Counted from the whole stretch's first letter, positions 21,162 through 31,168 are shown. The stretch: 63,601 nt of DNA, filler included, from Myxococcota bacterium (GCA_023150835.1; 3 parts of 3 records of this genome joined end to end with filler, not necessarily neighbours in it); one strand, 5' to 3'. A program made the numbers and translations. Notes: a model not told the origin generated them from the letters alone.

Positions 21162-21190
21162 TTGACAGAGTGCAGGATGCTCCCTACAGT
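21162..21190 (+). promoter_or_regulatory. Putative sigma70 promoter for the XRE gene
   Basis: TTGACA-N17-TACAGT, about 80 bp before ATG 21268. Confidence 0.65.
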
Positions 21191-21267
21191 CGGCCTTTCT
21201 GTGATCTTTTCGAGGCCCACCTTGCTGCTTTGGGTGAGGTGTGGGCGTGTCGGTGGCATAGGACAAC

Positions 21268-22107
21268 ATGGCCGTATTGAAAGACTTTCCTGCGCGTGTG
21301 CGTGCGAGACGCGAAGCGATGGGCTACACAGCCGAAGAACTCGCAGCCCATATCGGGGTCCAAGGCTCGTTTGTGGAGCGGATCGAAGAGGGGACGTATA
21401 TCCCAAAGCCCGATGTTGCGAGGCGTTTGGCGTATGCTCTTGAAGAAGCCGAAAACGACTACATGGAATGGGCCGGGCAACGGCTGTCTGCGGTCGAAAA
21501 ACCTCCGCCCAAACCTGCCCCTCGTCCTCGATATCCCGAAGCCCGCGAAGCCTTGATCGAGCTTTGCGAAGACCCCGAAGCGGCGCGCCAACTGTTTAGT
21601 GGCTCGTCGATCGGCCCCCTCGAAGCAGCCCTCTACGGTCTTTTGATCGACGGGATGTCGCAGCGGATGGCCGATTTTGGCTTTTGGGGATTCCTCCCGC
21701 CCTCGGACCCCTCGCGAGCCAACCAAGCCTCCGCGATCGATGGACCCCTCTTGCTCGAAGCCTTTTTCGAGATGCTGATCCATCCCGAAGGCGAGGCCGC
21801 CGATTACAAAAAAGTGTTCTCAGAGATGCTCGTTTCGTGGGCCTACGGCCCCGCACCCCACCACATCCTTGCACGCTTTCCTGACGGCCAACAACGCAGC
21901 TTTCGTCTCGCGTTGGTCGATCAACAAGGCTCCATTATCCCCGCCCTTCATCCCGAAGACCCCTTCTATGCGCTTTATCGTATGCTAACGCCTGTTCAAC
22001 GCGCCGATATCGCCGAGATTACCCGCGTCTTTCTTCGTCGCGATGGGCGACTCGAGATCCAAGCCGCACTCGAAGCACTCACCCGCTGGCACAAGATCCC
22101 TCGTTGA
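21268..22107 (+). CDS. XRE-family HTH transcriptional regulator with uncharacterised C-terminal domain
   Basis: RVRARREAMGYTAEELAAHIGVQGSFVERIEEG...P HTH_3 pattern. Confidence 0.82.
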   Translation: MAVLKDFPARVRARREAMGYTAEELAAHIGVQGSFVERIEEGTYIPKPDVARRLAYALEEAENDYMEWAGQRLSAVEKPPPKPAPRPRYPEAREALIELCEDPEAARQLFSGSSIGPLEAALYGLLIDGMSQRMADFGFWGFLPPSDPSRANQASAIDGPLLLEAFFEMLIHPEGEAADYKKVFSEMLVSWAYGPAPHHILARFPDGQQRSFRLALVDQQGSIIPALHPEDPFYALYRMLTPVQRADIAEITRVFLRRDGRLEIQAALEALTRWHKIPR

Positions 22108-22186
22108 TCCGTCCTTCCCCGCTGGCACAAGATCCCTCGTTGATCCGTCCTTCCCCGCTGGCACAAGCTCCCTCGTTGCTCCGTCC
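22082..22186. repeat. 36-bp tandem repeat, 3 copies; first copy contains the XRE stop codon
   Basis: Unit CCCGCTGGCACAAGATCCCTCGTTGATCCGTCCTTC. Confidence 0.93.
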
Positions 22187-22199
22187 GTTGTGTACATAA

Positions 22200-22285
22200 A
22201 GAGGTAGGGGCAGCCACAGGGGGCTGCCCAATAGTCGGGCGTTTACGTACTATCCTTTGCTGTGTGCATCGCTCGGATATCGTAT
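22200..22285. repeat. GTAG-type REP module
   Basis: GTAGGGGCAGCCACAGGGGGCTGCCC plus conserved tail ending CTCGGATATCGTAT. Confidence 0.82.
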
Positions 22286-22296
22286 CTCTCGCAGAC

Positions 22297-22860
22297 CTAA
22301 GCAAGGGCCTCTTTGATGCGCTGTTCGACTTCTTGGACAGTCCCCATGCCGTCGATCTTTTTGATCTTGCCGGTGCCTGCGTAATAGCCGATCAGGGGGG
22401 AGGTTTGTTCGTTGTAGACGCTGAGTCGTTTGCGGATGGTGGCTTCGTTGTCGTCGCTGCGACCTTCGATCTCAGCGCGTTTGAGGAGCCGTTGGACGAC
22501 GGCTTCTTCGTCGACTTCGAGGAGAACGACGGCATAGAGGGGGGCATGGAGTTCTTGAAGGAGTTGATCGAGGGCTTGGGCTTGGGCGGTCGTGCGGGGG
22601 AATCCATCAAAGAGGACGCGGATATCGGCCATCTGTTGAAGTTCAGCGCGGACCATCCCGATGATCACGTCGTCGGAGACGAGCTTTCCAGCGTCCATAA
22701 TCTGCTTGGCTTGGACGCCAAGATCAGTGCCACGTCGGACATGATCGCGGAGCATATCACCTGTGGAAAGTTGCTTGAGTTGGCGATTTTCGCAGATCTT
22801 GGTAGCTTGCGTGCCTTTGCCTGCGCCGGGTGGACCCATAAAGATCAAGGTTTCATTCAT
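22297..22860 (-). CDS. adk: Adenylate kinase (short LID type)
   Basis: GPPGAGKGTQ, STGDMLR, DGFPRT, GRSDD. Confidence 0.96.
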   Translation of the reverse strand: MNETLIFMGPPGAGKGTQATKICENRQLKQLSTGDMLRDHVRRGTDLGVQAKQIMDAGKLVSDDVIIGMVRAELQQMADIRVLFDGFPRTTAQAQALDQLLQELHAPLYAVVLLEVDEEAVVQRLLKRAEIEGRSDDNEATIRKRLSVYNEQTSPLIGYYAGTGKIKKIDGMGTVQEVEQRIKEALA

Positions 22861-22886
22861 CAAAAAAAACTCCTTCAAGCAAGGGG

Positions 22887-23927
22887 TTAACGCATCTCGG
22901 CCATCAAGGCTTGCAGGCTTTCAGGGCTTGGGCGTAGAGCTTCGGGGGCTTGGAAGGCGAGAGGGGTTTCGACCGTTCCAAGGAGGCTGTGCAGATCGCG
23001 GAGGTTGTTGTTGATGTAGAGCAGGCCGGTGATCAGTTCTTTGTTGACTTGGGCGTCGCGGAGGACTTTGATGGCTTGTGTAAAGTCCGTGGGGTCATGG
23101 CCTTTTTCAAGCTTTTTGAGGGTGATCCATGAGTCATCGTGGAGCTTGACTTGTTTGCGCTCGCCTTCGGCGTATTCGTCGATGGTGATCTCTTGATAAG
23201 CAGGGACGTGTGTAATGTCGTGGAGTGTGATCTTGTTGTCTTTTCCGAAGGGATAACTTTTCGTCGAGGACTCGTGGTTATTGAAGGTCACGCAAGGGCT
23301 GATGATATCGAGGATTGCGGTGCCTTTGTAGCTAAATGCGGCTTTGAGCAAGGTCTCGACTTGGCGTGGATCTCCTGCAAAAGAGCGAGCGACAAATCCG
23401 CAGCTTCCGATGATGGCTTCGAGGCAGATATCGATGGGGGGGAGGTCGTTGATTCCGGCGTATTTGAGCGTTTGGCCTTCGTCAGCGGTGGCGGAGAATT
23501 GGCCTTTGGTCAGGCCGTAGACACCGTTGTTTTCGATGATATAGACCATCGGTACATTGCGGCGAAGCAGGTGTTTGAATTGACCAAGGCCGATGGAGGC
23601 GGTGTCGCCGTCGCCGCTAACGGCGATGGTGATCAGGTTGTGGTTGGCGGCCATCGCTCCTGTCGCAACGCTCGGCATCCGTCCGTGAAGCGAGTTAAAG
23701 GCGTGGGAACGTCCGAGAAAATAGGCGGGGCTTTTGGAGGAGCAACCGATACCGCTGAATTTGACGGTACGTTGGGGGGGAAGGCTCAGGTCATACGCGA
23801 CGTTCATGATGCGTGCGCTGACGGAGTCGTGGCCGCAGCCCTTGCAAAGTGTCGAGGGAAGGCCCTTATAGTCGTTTTTTTCGAGCCCGACGGCGTTGGT
23901 TTTGAGGGTTTCGGTGACGTCTGACAT
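22887..23927 (-). CDS. korB: 2-oxoacid:ferredoxin oxidoreductase beta subunit
   Basis: LCKGCGH, SGIGCS, LHGR, SGDGD, NNGVYGLTKGQFS, SPCVTFN. Confidence 0.94.
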   Translation of the reverse strand: MSDVTETLKTNAVGLEKNDYKGLPSTLCKGCGHDSVSARIMNVAYDLSLPPQRTVKFSGIGCSSKSPAYFLGRSHAFNSLHGRMPSVATGAMAANHNLITIAVSGDGDTASIGLGQFKHLLRRNVPMVYIIENNGVYGLTKGQFSATADEGQTLKYAGINDLPPIDICLEAIIGSCGFVARSFAGDPRQVETLLKAAFSYKGTAILDIISPCVTFNNHESSTKSYPFGKDNKITLHDITHVPAYQEITIDEYAEGERKQVKLHDDSWITLKKLEKGHDPTDFTQAIKVLRDAQVNKELITGLLYINNNLRDLHSLLGTVETPLAFQAPEALRPSPESLQALMAEMR

Positions 23928-23942
23928 GGTGAGATCTCCTGA

Positions 23943-25799
23943 TCAAGCAAGGGCTTGGAGAAAGCGTTGGTGGGTCGTTTTGAGTTGTTCTTGGATCCAC
24001 GAAGCGCTGAGCGGCATCCCGTTTTGGCGGGATATGGAGATCAAGCGTGTGGCGTAAGCGGGATATTCTTGCAAGAGGATCCCGTGCATCTGTCCGTTGA
24101 AGTTGTTTTCGATCACATAGATGCGTTCGTAGGCATCGAGGAATTCGCCGATCTCTGGGCTGGTGGGGAGTGCGCGGATACGCAGATAATCAAAGCGCAG
24201 TCCATCTTGTTTGAGCAGATCGACGGCTTCGAGAATGGATTGGTGGTTGGTGCCAAAGGAAACGACGGCGATATCACCGCCTTGCTGTCGGACGATCTCG
24301 GGCTTGGGGACGTGTTGGCGTGCCGTGTCGAATTTGCGGCGAAGACGGATCATATTGGTTTCCCAATCTTCGGAACGCTCGCTATATGCGGCCTTTTCAT
24401 TGTGTCCCGTTCCGCGTGTAAAGTAGCCCGCCGTTGGGTGCTCCGTACCCGGGAGGGTGCGGTATGTCACACCATCGCCGTCCACATCGACGTATCGGCC
24501 CCATTTTCCGCCGAGTTCTTGGAGTTGTTCAGCGGAAAGGACTTTGCCGCGATTCATCGGGGTTTCGGGATAGGTGAAGGACTTGGACATCCACACGTTC
24601 ATGCCGAGATCGAGGTCGCTGAGAACAAAGACGGGGGTTTGGAAGAACTCTGCAAGGTCAAAAGATTTGTAGCCGAACTCGAAACATTCGGAGGGATCGT
24701 GCGGAAGCAAGATGATGTGGCGGGTATCCCCATGACCGAGGCGATAGGTGAAGGCGAGATCGCCTTGGGAAGTGCGGGTGGGAAGTCCTGTCGAGGGTCC
24801 GACGCGCTGAACATCCCAGATCACGGCGGGGATCTCGGCTTGGTAGGCGTAGCTTGTAAACTCCGCCATCAAGGAGATCCCGGGTCCCGAAGTCGAAGTC
24901 ATCGCACGTGCACCCGCCCAACCTGCCCCAAGCGTCATCCCGATCGCCGAAAGCTCATCTTCGGCTTGGATCACAGCATACGTTGCTTTGCCGGTCTTCG
25001 GGTCTTTTCGGAGCTTGGGCAAGTATTCGTTGATCCCGTCCGCAAGGCTCGTGGCGGGTGTGATCGGATACCATGCAAGAACACTCACGCCCCCATACAC
25101 GCTGCCAAGCGCCGCTGCTGCGTTTCCTTCGATCAAGATCATATCGCGGTTGCCGCCTTCGATGCGGTTGACCCAATAAGGATCGCGCTTGACGCAGTTG
25201 TTTCGCGCATAATCTGCCGCCAGATCGACCATCTGCATATTCAGATCGACGGCTTTTTGTTTGCCCGAAAAGTGCGTATCCAACGCGCTGCGGATCGCGC
25301 TGCGTTCGATCCCCAAAAGCTCCGCCATCATCCCCACATACACCATATTGGTGATGTATTCGCGCAAGTTCGGAGCAACACCGCTTTGCTTGACCAGATC
25401 TTTGACCGGCATCGCATAATAAACAACGTCTTCGCGATCTTCTTTGACAGGCAACGCATTGTCATAAAACACCACCCCCCCCGAAGGCACCGCAGCAAGG
25501 TCTTCAGCAAGGGTCTTGGCATTCAACGTCACCAAGATATCCCACGTGTCTCGATATCCCACATGCCCCGTGTGATTCAATCGAATGCGATACCACGTCG
25601 GAAGCCCCTGAATGTTCGAGGGAAACAGGTTCTTTCCCGACACAGGAATCCCCATCCGAAACATCGCTCGAAACAACGCGATGTTCGAGGTTTGGCTCCC
25701 TGTCCCGTTGGTCGTTGCCACGTTGATGCAAAAGTCATTGATCTGGCGTGCTTCTTGGGCCGTATTTTGCGGTTCGGAGGCTTGGCTGGTCTCGGTCAT
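23943..25799 (-). CDS. korA: 2-oxoacid:ferredoxin oxidoreductase alpha subunit
   Basis: NGTGSQ, FPSNIQG, YPITPAT, QAEDE, TSGPGISLM, QRVGPSTGLPT. Confidence 0.94.
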   Translation of the reverse strand: MTETSQASEPQNTAQEARQINDFCINVATTNGTGSQTSNIALFRAMFRMGIPVSGKNLFPSNIQGLPTWYRIRLNHTGHVGYRDTWDILVTLNAKTLAEDLAAVPSGGVVFYDNALPVKEDREDVVYYAMPVKDLVKQSGVAPNLREYITNMVYVGMMAELLGIERSAIRSALDTHFSGKQKAVDLNMQMVDLAADYARNNCVKRDPYWVNRIEGGNRDMILIEGNAAAALGSVYGGVSVLAWYPITPATSLADGINEYLPKLRKDPKTGKATYAVIQAEDELSAIGMTLGAGWAGARAMTSTSGPGISLMAEFTSYAYQAEIPAVIWDVQRVGPSTGLPTRTSQGDLAFTYRLGHGDTRHIILLPHDPSECFEFGYKSFDLAEFFQTPVFVLSDLDLGMNVWMSKSFTYPETPMNRGKVLSAEQLQELGGKWGRYVDVDGDGVTYRTLPGTEHPTAGYFTRGTGHNEKAAYSERSEDWETNMIRLRRKFDTARQHVPKPEIVRQQGGDIAVVSFGTNHQSILEAVDLLKQDGLRFDYLRIRALPTSPEIGEFLDAYERIYVIENNFNGQMHGILLQEYPAYATRLISISRQNGMPLSASWIQEQLKTTHQRFLQALA

Positions 25800-26080
25800 A
25801 AGTTCGCGATCCTTTCTTCTCTGGCGCGTATGAACAGGCGTTCAAACGATGTAGTATGTTTCACGGGGGTACGCAAGATCCTACAAAACAGAACGCCATG
25901 ACTCGAACTGGGGTTGGGTGGCGTTGGGGTGTGGGGAACCTCGTGAGGTGTTATAGCCCACCCACAAAGTCCAACGCAAGAGCCACGTTTTTTTCCGTCG
26001 TATCGGTTCTCTTTGCGCTCTTTTACGCTTGTGGGTGGGTGGAATGGGTGGAATGGGTAGAATGGGCGGATGTCTTGATC

Positions 26081-26209
26081 TTGTGGGGTTCCACCCCACG
26101 CCCCGCAAGGGACCATCGGCCCCTTGACCCCGTATTGGTGGGGTGATCGATCGTGTTTCAAACAAACAGCCTCAACGCGAGAAGTGGCGCGAACACGGGG
26201 GTTTTCGTC
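26081..26209 (-). repeat. Dispersed ~125-bp multi-hairpin element, copy B (most diverged full copy)
   Basis: Reverse complement reads GACGAAAACCCCCGTGTTCGCG...TGAAACAC...GGGGTCAAGGGGCC-GAT-GGTCCCTTG...GTGGGGT-GGA-ACCCCAC. Confidence 0.82.
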
Positions 26210-26235
26210 AACCCCGCCACTCCTACCCCATCCCA

Positions 26236-26616
26236 TTTCAGGTTTCCCTTTGAGGCTGCGGGGAACGCTCGGAGGCGCTCAGGTTTCCCTTTGAGGCTGC
26301 GGGGAACGCTCGGAGGCGCTCAGGTTTCCCTTTGAGGCTGCGGGGAACGCTCGGAGGCGTTCAGGTTCGTTGAACGGCAAAAAAAAAGGCGACTGTGCCA
26401 TTTTGGTTTGCATAAATACAAAATTGAAGCACCATTGTTCCAAAAAGGTTTCTAGTAAAGCCTTGCGGGATTTTTGGGCGGCGTTCAGGTTTCCCTTTGA
26501 GGCCGTAGGGAGCGCTCGAAGGCGTTCAGGTTCCTTGAAGAGGCCGTAGAGAGCGCTCGAAGGCGTTCAGGTTTCCCTTTGAGACCGCAGGGAGCGCTCG
26601 AAGGCGTTCAGGTTTC
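26236..26616. repeat. Two blocks of 41-bp direct repeats (about 3 + 3 copies) separated by a ~110-bp AT-rich core
   Basis: TCAGG starts at 26238, 26279, 26320, 26361 and 26485, 26526, 26567, 26608. Confidence 0.9.
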
Positions 26617-26629
26617 GTATGAGACATCG

Positions 26630-26690
26630 GCCGATACGGGGTCAAGGGAGCCGCGCTCTGTGGCGGGGCGTGGGGTGACACCGGACAAAA
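26630..26690 (+). repeat. Partial, degenerate copy of the multi-hairpin element (3' half)
   Basis: GATACGGGGTCAAGGGAGCCGCGCTC...GGGGCGTGGGGT. Confidence 0.7.
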
Positions 26691-26702
26691 ACCATTCGAA
26701 TG

Positions 26703-26931
26703 CGTAATACGAGATCCGCCCGTTGTGTGATCGTAAGGACGTAGGGGCAGACCCCTGTGTCTGCCCAATCATAGGGCGTCTACGTGTTCTCCTTTGCGGT
26801 GTACGGCACTCGGATATCGTATAATACGAGATCCGCCCGTTGTGTGATCGTAAGGACGTAGGGGCAGACCCCTGTGTCTGCCCAATCATAGGGCGTCTAC
26901 GTGTTCTCCTTTGCGGTGTACGGCACTCGGA
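26703..26931. repeat. GTAG-type REP module, two 117-bp tandem copies, running into contig end
   Basis: GTAGGGGCAGACCCCTGTGTCTGCCC at 26741 and 26858. Confidence 0.88.
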
Positions 26932-27031
26932 NNNNNNNNNNNNNNNNNNNNNNNNNNNNNNNNNNNNNNNNNNNNTTAATTAATTAANNNNNNNNNNNNN
27001 NNNNNNNNNNNNNNNNNNNNNNNNNNNNNNN
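26932..27031. other. Artificial contig linker
   Basis: N44-TTAATTAATTAA-N44, stop codons in all six frames. Confidence 0.98.
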
Positions 27032-28002
27032 CCAAAAAGGCCGTAGCTTACATTTTCCAAAATACCTTTCCAATCGCCTTCTTTGTAGCATCCGCTTGGG
27101 GTGAGTGGATCTGTATAAGGCAGAGAACAAAATCCCGCACTCGGCGAGAACAATGGGCGATTCGTTGCATCTTTCTGAAGGTTTTGGATATCCACTTGGA
27201 TGACGATACCGCCGATGATGCTTAATAATCCGACTCCAGCGACAACGGCACCTGATATCAGCAAAGCACGTGAACCGCTTTGGCGCGCAACCCGCTCCTG
27301 TTCAAATTGGAGATAAGCCCCTTCAACACGCTGAAAGATCAGCGAAAGTTTCTTTTGCGTTTTTTTGATCTGGCGCTTGTTTTGAGCGGCGTCTTCTTGG
27401 ACGGCCTTAAGCTTTTGGATCGCTCCCATCGACTTTGCAAGCCGCGCTTGCAATAAACGCATATCTTTTTGATTTTGCTTGGCAAAACGCAACAACGCGA
27501 TGTAGATCTTGGCGCTTTGGATGGTGCCTTCTAAGTCGCGTTCGAGGCTAAGCGAGGCTTGAAGTTGAAGTTGCCCGCGAATATTCGACTGTTCCGCCAT
27601 CTGTTGATAAAGCAGATTGTAGCGTTTGAGATAGGCGTGTGCCTTCTGTAAAGCTTCGACAGCCACCGCGTAAGATTGTGTGTGCGCGTCAAAATGTGAC
27701 GGCGACTCGAACGTCCCGATATCACGAACGGGTGGGAGTTTGCCTTTGTATTGATAAAACTTCGACCACATCATCCACAGCCAAAGCCGATACATCTGTT
27801 GCTTTTCAGGTTCCATCGCGCCGCGTTCGCTCAAAAAAGCCTGTTCCATCCGCTCGATCGCACGTTGCCATTGTTGCATCTCTCCAAGAGCAAGAGCCTC
27901 ACGGGCCATCAGCAAAAAAGACGCTGTCTTTTGATCCTTTGCCGCTGCCCACGCCAACGAAGAACACAACCACAAGAGCAGTCCAAAGCCCAAAATACGC
28001 AT
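27032..28002 (-). CDS. Hypothetical exported protein (TPR-like helices, coiled coil, C-terminal TM); 3' end truncated by gap
   Basis: Signal peptide ending AWA; hydrophobic ALLISGAVVAGVGLLSIIGGIVI; ORF runs into Ns. Confidence 0.75.
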
Positions 28003-28159
28003 CTTCACCAAACCTCACTTGCTCTGTTCGTCGTTACGAACGCACGATACTTGCTCTATCCGTCGCTACGCACACACGATGCACAACGCAACATACACCA
28101 AGATCCACAAAAAAAGAAACGCCCTCCTCCGAGAAAAAACAACACACACAAGCGATCCT

Positions 28160-28909
28160 TTAAGGGCGGGGAGAAGAGGTCGAAGGCTTCGTGGAAGAAG
28201 AGATCGAAGACGGGCGAGTCGATAAGGAAGGCCTCGGCAAGGGGCGCAGCGATGAGGGGGTGGTCTGTGGTTTTTTGCTGTTTGTCATGGCCGATGGATG
28301 TAGGGTTTCAAACGGCATCGGTCGAGAGTACAAAGAAAGATCCGCGTCGAATTGATAACAATCGCGGATCATCCGTAGAGATTGGGCTGCAAGAACACAA
28401 CGCACCCGTCTTCGGCGGTTCTCAGGGCTTTCTTTTTTAGAAGAGGCCAATTTTTTTGACGGAGCCGCTATCTTCGAAGCATCGGACCTTTGTGATGTAG
28501 GCGTTGCCTTCGAAGCCTCGAACCTTTTTGGCGAAGCGGCTCCATTCGAAGCGTCGGGCTTTTGTGACGAGGCCGTGGTGTGGGCTGCATCAGTTTTTTT
28601 CTTTGGAGGCTCCGTCGTCTCGACAGTACAGAGCGCAAGAGCGCGCTGCTTGCCTTGTTTTGAACGCAAACGCTTTTGTTCCTCCTCCAACACATCCGCT
28701 TGTTTTTTTTGGGCTTTGGTGGCCTTTGGAGATGCAGCTTGCAAAAGAGCCGACTGTGCTTCTTTTTCAACGATACGCAAGATATGTTCGTAAGTTTTGC
28801 TACACAACAACGAAGGATGCGAGGGATTCTTCTTTTTCCCACAAGCCACAAGCACAAAAGCAAGGAAAAAAACAAATCCCAAAGAACCCACACGGACAAA
28901 GGACGACAT
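28160..28909 (-). CDS. Hypothetical lipoprotein
   Basis: AAGGAG RBS, lipobox LVAC-GKKK, Lys/Ser-rich low-complexity segments. Confidence 0.75.
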   Translation of the reverse strand: MSSFVRVGSLGFVFFLAFVLVACGKKKNPSHPSLLCSKTYEHILRIVEKEAQSALLQAASPKATKAQKKQADVLEEEQKRLRSKQGKQRALALCTVETTEPPKKKTDAAHTTASSQKPDASNGAASPKRFEASKATPTSQRSDASKIAAPSKKLASSKKESPENRRRRVRCVLAAQSLRMIRDCYQFDADLSLYSRPMPFETLHPSAMTNSKKPQTTPSSLRPLPRPSLSTRPSSISSSTKPSTSSPRP

Positions 28910-28968
28910 CAACGATCTCCTTATCGACCGAATAGAAAAGTTTCGATATCCAGAACAGACCGCATTCT

Positions 28969-30972
28969 TTACAGCTTGATAAAAGCCAAGATCATCCCTG
29001 TGATGCTTTCTCCTGCGATCACACCCGCAGCAAGGACGATAAGGAACCGTTCGGACCACTTAGGAGCCAAACGAGAGATCGCCAAAGCGATGATCCCGCC
29101 AAAGAAAAAAGACATCGAGTAAAACGCAGGGATCACAAACGCCAAGCCGATACTCGCAGGGCTGGGAACCCATGTTTTGAGATGTTTCGGCAAAACTTTT
29201 TCCAAGACAGCCAAGATCATCCCCGCTACTCCGGCATAAAAGATCGCAACAAGACTTCCGGGAGGCATATTGCTCAGGCCCTTTTTGAAGACCTCTGCAA
29301 CCGCCATCCACTGCGCGACAGCGGGCGCGGCCCATTCTTCCGTCATCAACATACCCTTTGGATCGGGGATCAACAACAAATAGGCAGCAGATCCCGCAAG
29401 CGCCCCCGACAAGACACCAAAAAACTGCGCAATGGCCTGATAACGCGGCGAAGCGCCGATCAGCGCACCTGTCTTCAAGTCATGCAAAAGATCCGCACAT
29501 TGGCTGGCTGCCCCACCCGTCACACCCGCTGCCATCAGGTTCGCGCTGACGTTGCCCGGGTCCAACACACCGAAAGTTAGCTGCGTCACTTTACCCATCG
29601 GCCCAACGGGTGTAATGCCCGTCTCCCCGGAAACGCGGCCTGCAACCACCGCAAGCAAAAAGCTCAACAACACACCAAACGTCGCGATGCCCGTCCCGAT
29701 GCCAAACAACCAGCTCTGGCAGATCACCGACATCGCCAAAGTGACGACCAAGCCTGATAAAAACCAAGCACGCGGTACATCGTGTGAAGCCCCCCTATCT
29801 TGAACCTCTTGATCCGACCGACGTCCGCCTTGAAACACCGCCAACACCGAGCGCCAAGAAAAAGCAAACGAAGTCAACGCTGCGACCACCATCATCGAAA
29901 CTCCCGGCCACAGCAACCACTTCAACATCGGTCCATAAAACGAGGCACTCGGATCAACGACGGTCACAAGACCCCACGGATCAAGCGCACGCATCGGATA
30001 CGCCACAAATCCAGCCTCCACCGCATAAGGGCCCACAACCGTCCAAGCAACCACCGCCCCAAGCAAGATCGAAACACACGCCCGCAGACCGATCAACATC
30101 CCCACCGCGACCATCATCGTGCTCGGATCAAAAGCAAAAGATACCTGCGAAAAAGACAACGAAGAGATCCCCGCAGCTTGCATCTTTGCCCCCACAGGAA
30201 AAGACCCAAACATCGGGAGATTTTTGATCTTCCAGATCGCCACCGCGATCTTTGCAAGCGAAGCTGCCAACGCCCCACCCAACAGCATCTTGACGCGCTG
30301 CATAGCCTCGTCACCGCGAGCATACATCTGTTTGAGCGTTTCTGCCGTCGCAATCCCACTAGGGAAGGGCAGTTTGTCGACCACCAACATTTGACGCCGC
30401 AAACCGATCGCCACCACCACCCCCACGCAGGCCACCGAAAACACCCACACCGAAAGGATCGTCCAAGAAAAGCTCTGCCCTGTCATGATCGTCAACGCAG
30501 GGATCGGCGCAACCAAACCCGCAGACGAGATCATCGCAGCACTCGAAGCTGCCGTCTGGTTGACGTTGTTTTCGTAGATATTCCATTCACGCGAACCCGT
30601 TAGACTCGAAAAAGCTTGCCAAAAACCGTAGCTCAAAAGAGCCGCAGTTACCGACATATTGAAGCCCCAGCCGATCTTCAAACCGCTATAGATATTGCAC
30701 AACGACAACAACGCACCGATAAACATCCCTGTAGCGATCGCACGCACCGTAAGTTGCGGGGTGGACAAATCCAGCGGAGGGAACGTGGTTTCTGCAACGA
30801 CAGCGCTTTGCTCAGAGGCAGACCGCAGCGTTGGTGTTTGTGAGTTGCTCTCTTGTTTAGGATGGCTGGTCTGTTTCTTCGGACGAGCAGAAGGCGGTAT
30901 TTGCGATGCGTTCGCTCTCGGCTTATTTTTTTTGGGCTTCTTCGTCAAAATCTTTTCCTCCGTGTTGTCCAT
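28969..30972 (-). CDS. OPT/YSL family oligopeptide transporter
   Basis: QLTVRA, YSGLKIGW, ENNVNQT, LPFPSG.ATA, DLKTG.LIGASPR; many TM helices. Confidence 0.92.
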   Translation of the reverse strand: MDNTEEKILTKKPKKNKPRANASQIPPSARPKKQTSHPKQESNSQTPTLRSASEQSAVVAETTFPPLDLSTPQLTVRAIATGMFIGALLSLCNIYSGLKIGWGFNMSVTAALLSYGFWQAFSSLTGSREWNIYENNVNQTAASSAAMISSAGLVAPIPALTIMTGQSFSWTILSVWVFSVACVGVVVAIGLRRQMLVVDKLPFPSGIATAETLKQMYARGDEAMQRVKMLLGGALAASLAKIAVAIWKIKNLPMFGSFPVGAKMQAAGISSLSFSQVSFAFDPSTMMVAVGMLIGLRACVSILLGAVVAWTVVGPYAVEAGFVAYPMRALDPWGLVTVVDPSASFYGPMLKWLLWPGVSMMVVAALTSFAFSWRSVLAVFQGGRRSDQEVQDRGASHDVPRAWFLSGLVVTLAMSVICQSWLFGIGTGIATFGVLLSFLLAVVAGRVSGETGITPVGPMGKVTQLTFGVLDPGNVSANLMAAGVTGGAASQCADLLHDLKTGALIGASPRYQAIAQFFGVLSGALAGSAAYLLLIPDPKGMLMTEEWAAPAVAQWMAVAEVFKKGLSNMPPGSLVAIFYAGVAGMILAVLEKVLPKHLKTWVPSPASIGLAFVIPAFYSMSFFFGGIIALAISRLAPKWSERFLIVLAAGVIAGESITGMILAFIKL

Positions 30973-31034
30973 GCCTTCGACAAGATCGAAAGTAAAAACC
31001 AAAGCCTCACGGATATACACAACCCACCCTTCTA

Positions 31035-31150
31035 ACGCAAGCATCACACAAGAGACGCAAGCGTCACACAAGAGACGCAAGCATCACACAAGAGACGCAA
31101 GCATCACACAAGAGACGCAAGCATCACACAAGAGACGCAAGCATCACACA
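31035..31150. repeat. 20-bp tandem repeat, about 6 copies
   Basis: Unit ACGCAAGCATCACACAAGAG, upstream of the OPT gene. Confidence 0.93.
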
Positions 31151-31168
31151 GCACCAACCCAACAAAGA

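Noticed and set aside
20849-21406. N-terminal extension of the ThDP enzyme (772-aa ORF)
   Set aside because: Covers both promoters and overlaps the XRE gene; family similarity starts at MAKPNK
23139-25901. Plus-strand ORFs of 261 aa and 648 aa
   Set aside because: Antisense shadows of korB and korA
26932-27031. TTAATTAATTAA as a biological palindrome, and synteny across it
   Set aside because: Assembly linker, repeated identically at 53656-53755
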